Part shown: one piece after another, positions 62,806 through 64,000 of the stretch | Numbering within the stretch: the stretch's first letter is position 1 | Layout of the letters: each line of letters opens with the position of its first letter | DNA from: Isurus oxyrinchus | Lineage: Eukaryota | Length of the DNA stretch: 64,000 bases | Reading direction: 5' to 3' | NCBI GenBank assembly: GCA_026770705.1 | Contig: JANJGN010000026.1 | Coordinates: 23,932,001 to 23,996,000, forward strand | Notes under the pieces: generated by a model | What the model was told of the DNA's origin: nothing | The model's database searches: none | Seen by the model: the letters and a program-made list of their open reading frames with translations, nothing else | Translations under genes and position numbers: made by a program

Positions 62806-64000
62806 AAAAACAGAAAATGCTGGAAAAATGCCATTCCATTCTCTCAGTTTGTTCGCCTCCTTCACATCTGTTCTGATGATGCCACTATCCAAAACGATGC
62901 TTCTGGCATGCCTTCCTACTTCCTTAACCAAGGTTTCCCATCCACTGTGGTTGACAGGGCCCTCAACCGTGTCTGACCCATCTCCCGTGCCTCTGCTTTC
63001 ACACATTCCTCTCTCTCCCAGAATCATGATAGGGTCCCCCCTTTCCTCACATTTCACACCAGCATCCGGACATTCAAAGGATCATCCTCCACCATTTCTG
63101 CTAACTCCAACATGATGCCACCACCAAATACACCTTCCCCTTACCACTCCAACCCCATCCCCCACCCCTGTCAGCATTCCGTAGGGACCGTTCCCTCCAG
63201 GACAGCCTGGTCCACTCCTCCATCACCCGCAACTCCTCATCCCCTTCCCAGTGGACCTTCCCAAGCAATCAGAAAAGTTTCAACACCTGTCCCTTTACCT
63301 CCTCCCTTCTCACCGTCCAAGGGTCTAAACACTCCTTTCGGGTGAAGCACCGTTTCATTGCACCTGCTTCAATTTGATCTACTGCATTCAATGCTACCAA
63401 AGCAGCCTTCTCCAGATTGGGGACACCAAACACAGACTGGCAGACTGCTTTGTGGAACACCTTCGTTCTGCCTGCAACTTTGACGTAGACCTTCCAATTT
63501 CATTGTCGCTTGCAATTTCAACACAACAACCTGCTCTAATACCCACATGACCCTCTTTGACCTGCTGCATTGTCGCAATGAAACCCAACGCAAACAGGAG
63601 GAACAGAACCTCATCTTCTGATTATGCACTTTACAGCCTTATTCATTTATTCATTGTTTTATCCTCTTTTTTATCCCCTTTTTATTCCTTTTTATACCGT
63701 TTTTCCCCAATCACCGCCCCCTCCCCCTACCACACCCCCAAAAGGGTCATCAGTTACTTGTCCCATGCTGTTCTTTCACAGTGTGCTGATTCTGGCTCTG
63801 CTGTTAACACATTCTTCTTTCTTATCTTTATGACTCTATTAGCACCTACTTTAGCCTTACCACTACCATTCACACTCCCTTTTTCTTTTTGCCTATGATA
63901 CGTTTGTCAGTGTCACCTTACCCCTACCTATTACTTGCCTTCTATCCAACCTGACCTCTCCACCCCGCTTAAACAGCAAATATCATCACATTTTGAGTTC
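62806..64000 (+). mobile_element. Older Penelope-like fragment (RT thumb + GIY-YIG + pLTR)
   Basis: Degenerate homolog of 4903-5600 (gacagggccctcaaccgtgtc, catgatagggtcccc); runs to the window end. Confidence 0.8.

Noticed and set aside
1-64000. D, J, C, NARTCR or IgH-like (TAILV) segments
   Set aside because: No 12-RSS, FGXG J motif with donor, C1-domain exon or IgHV-type motifs were found by eye; absence is not proven

Overview
Vertebrate genomic DNA, almost certainly from a cartilaginous fish (shark-type CR1/L2 LINEs, DeuSINE-like SINEs, Penelope elements). The window is part of a T-cell receptor alpha/delta-type variable (V) segment array. I find two apparently intact V genes with leader, intron, V exon and 23-bp-spacer RSS: 8628-9621 (+) and 19553-20081 (-). 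There are about eight clear V pseudogenes and several fainter relics, in both orientations. No D, J or C segments are visible. Between the V segments are an intron-containing tRNA-Arg(TCT) gene and two Penelope-like retroelements with inverted arms and target-site duplications. One of these is near full length (RT + GIY-YIG). Many Penelope pLTR copies carry minimal hammerhead-ribozyme motifs. Also present are numerous CR1/L2 fragments, a tRNA-Thr-derived dimeric SINE, a 28-bp tandem array and a dispersed 27/54-bp minisatellite. Candidate regulatory motifs are TCR promoter decamers, CTCF sites co-oriented with V genes and a Runx/Ets/CRE cluster. There are two assembly gaps (40237-40392, 57658-57916). 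All family assignments come from motif recognition by eye; no database search was run.
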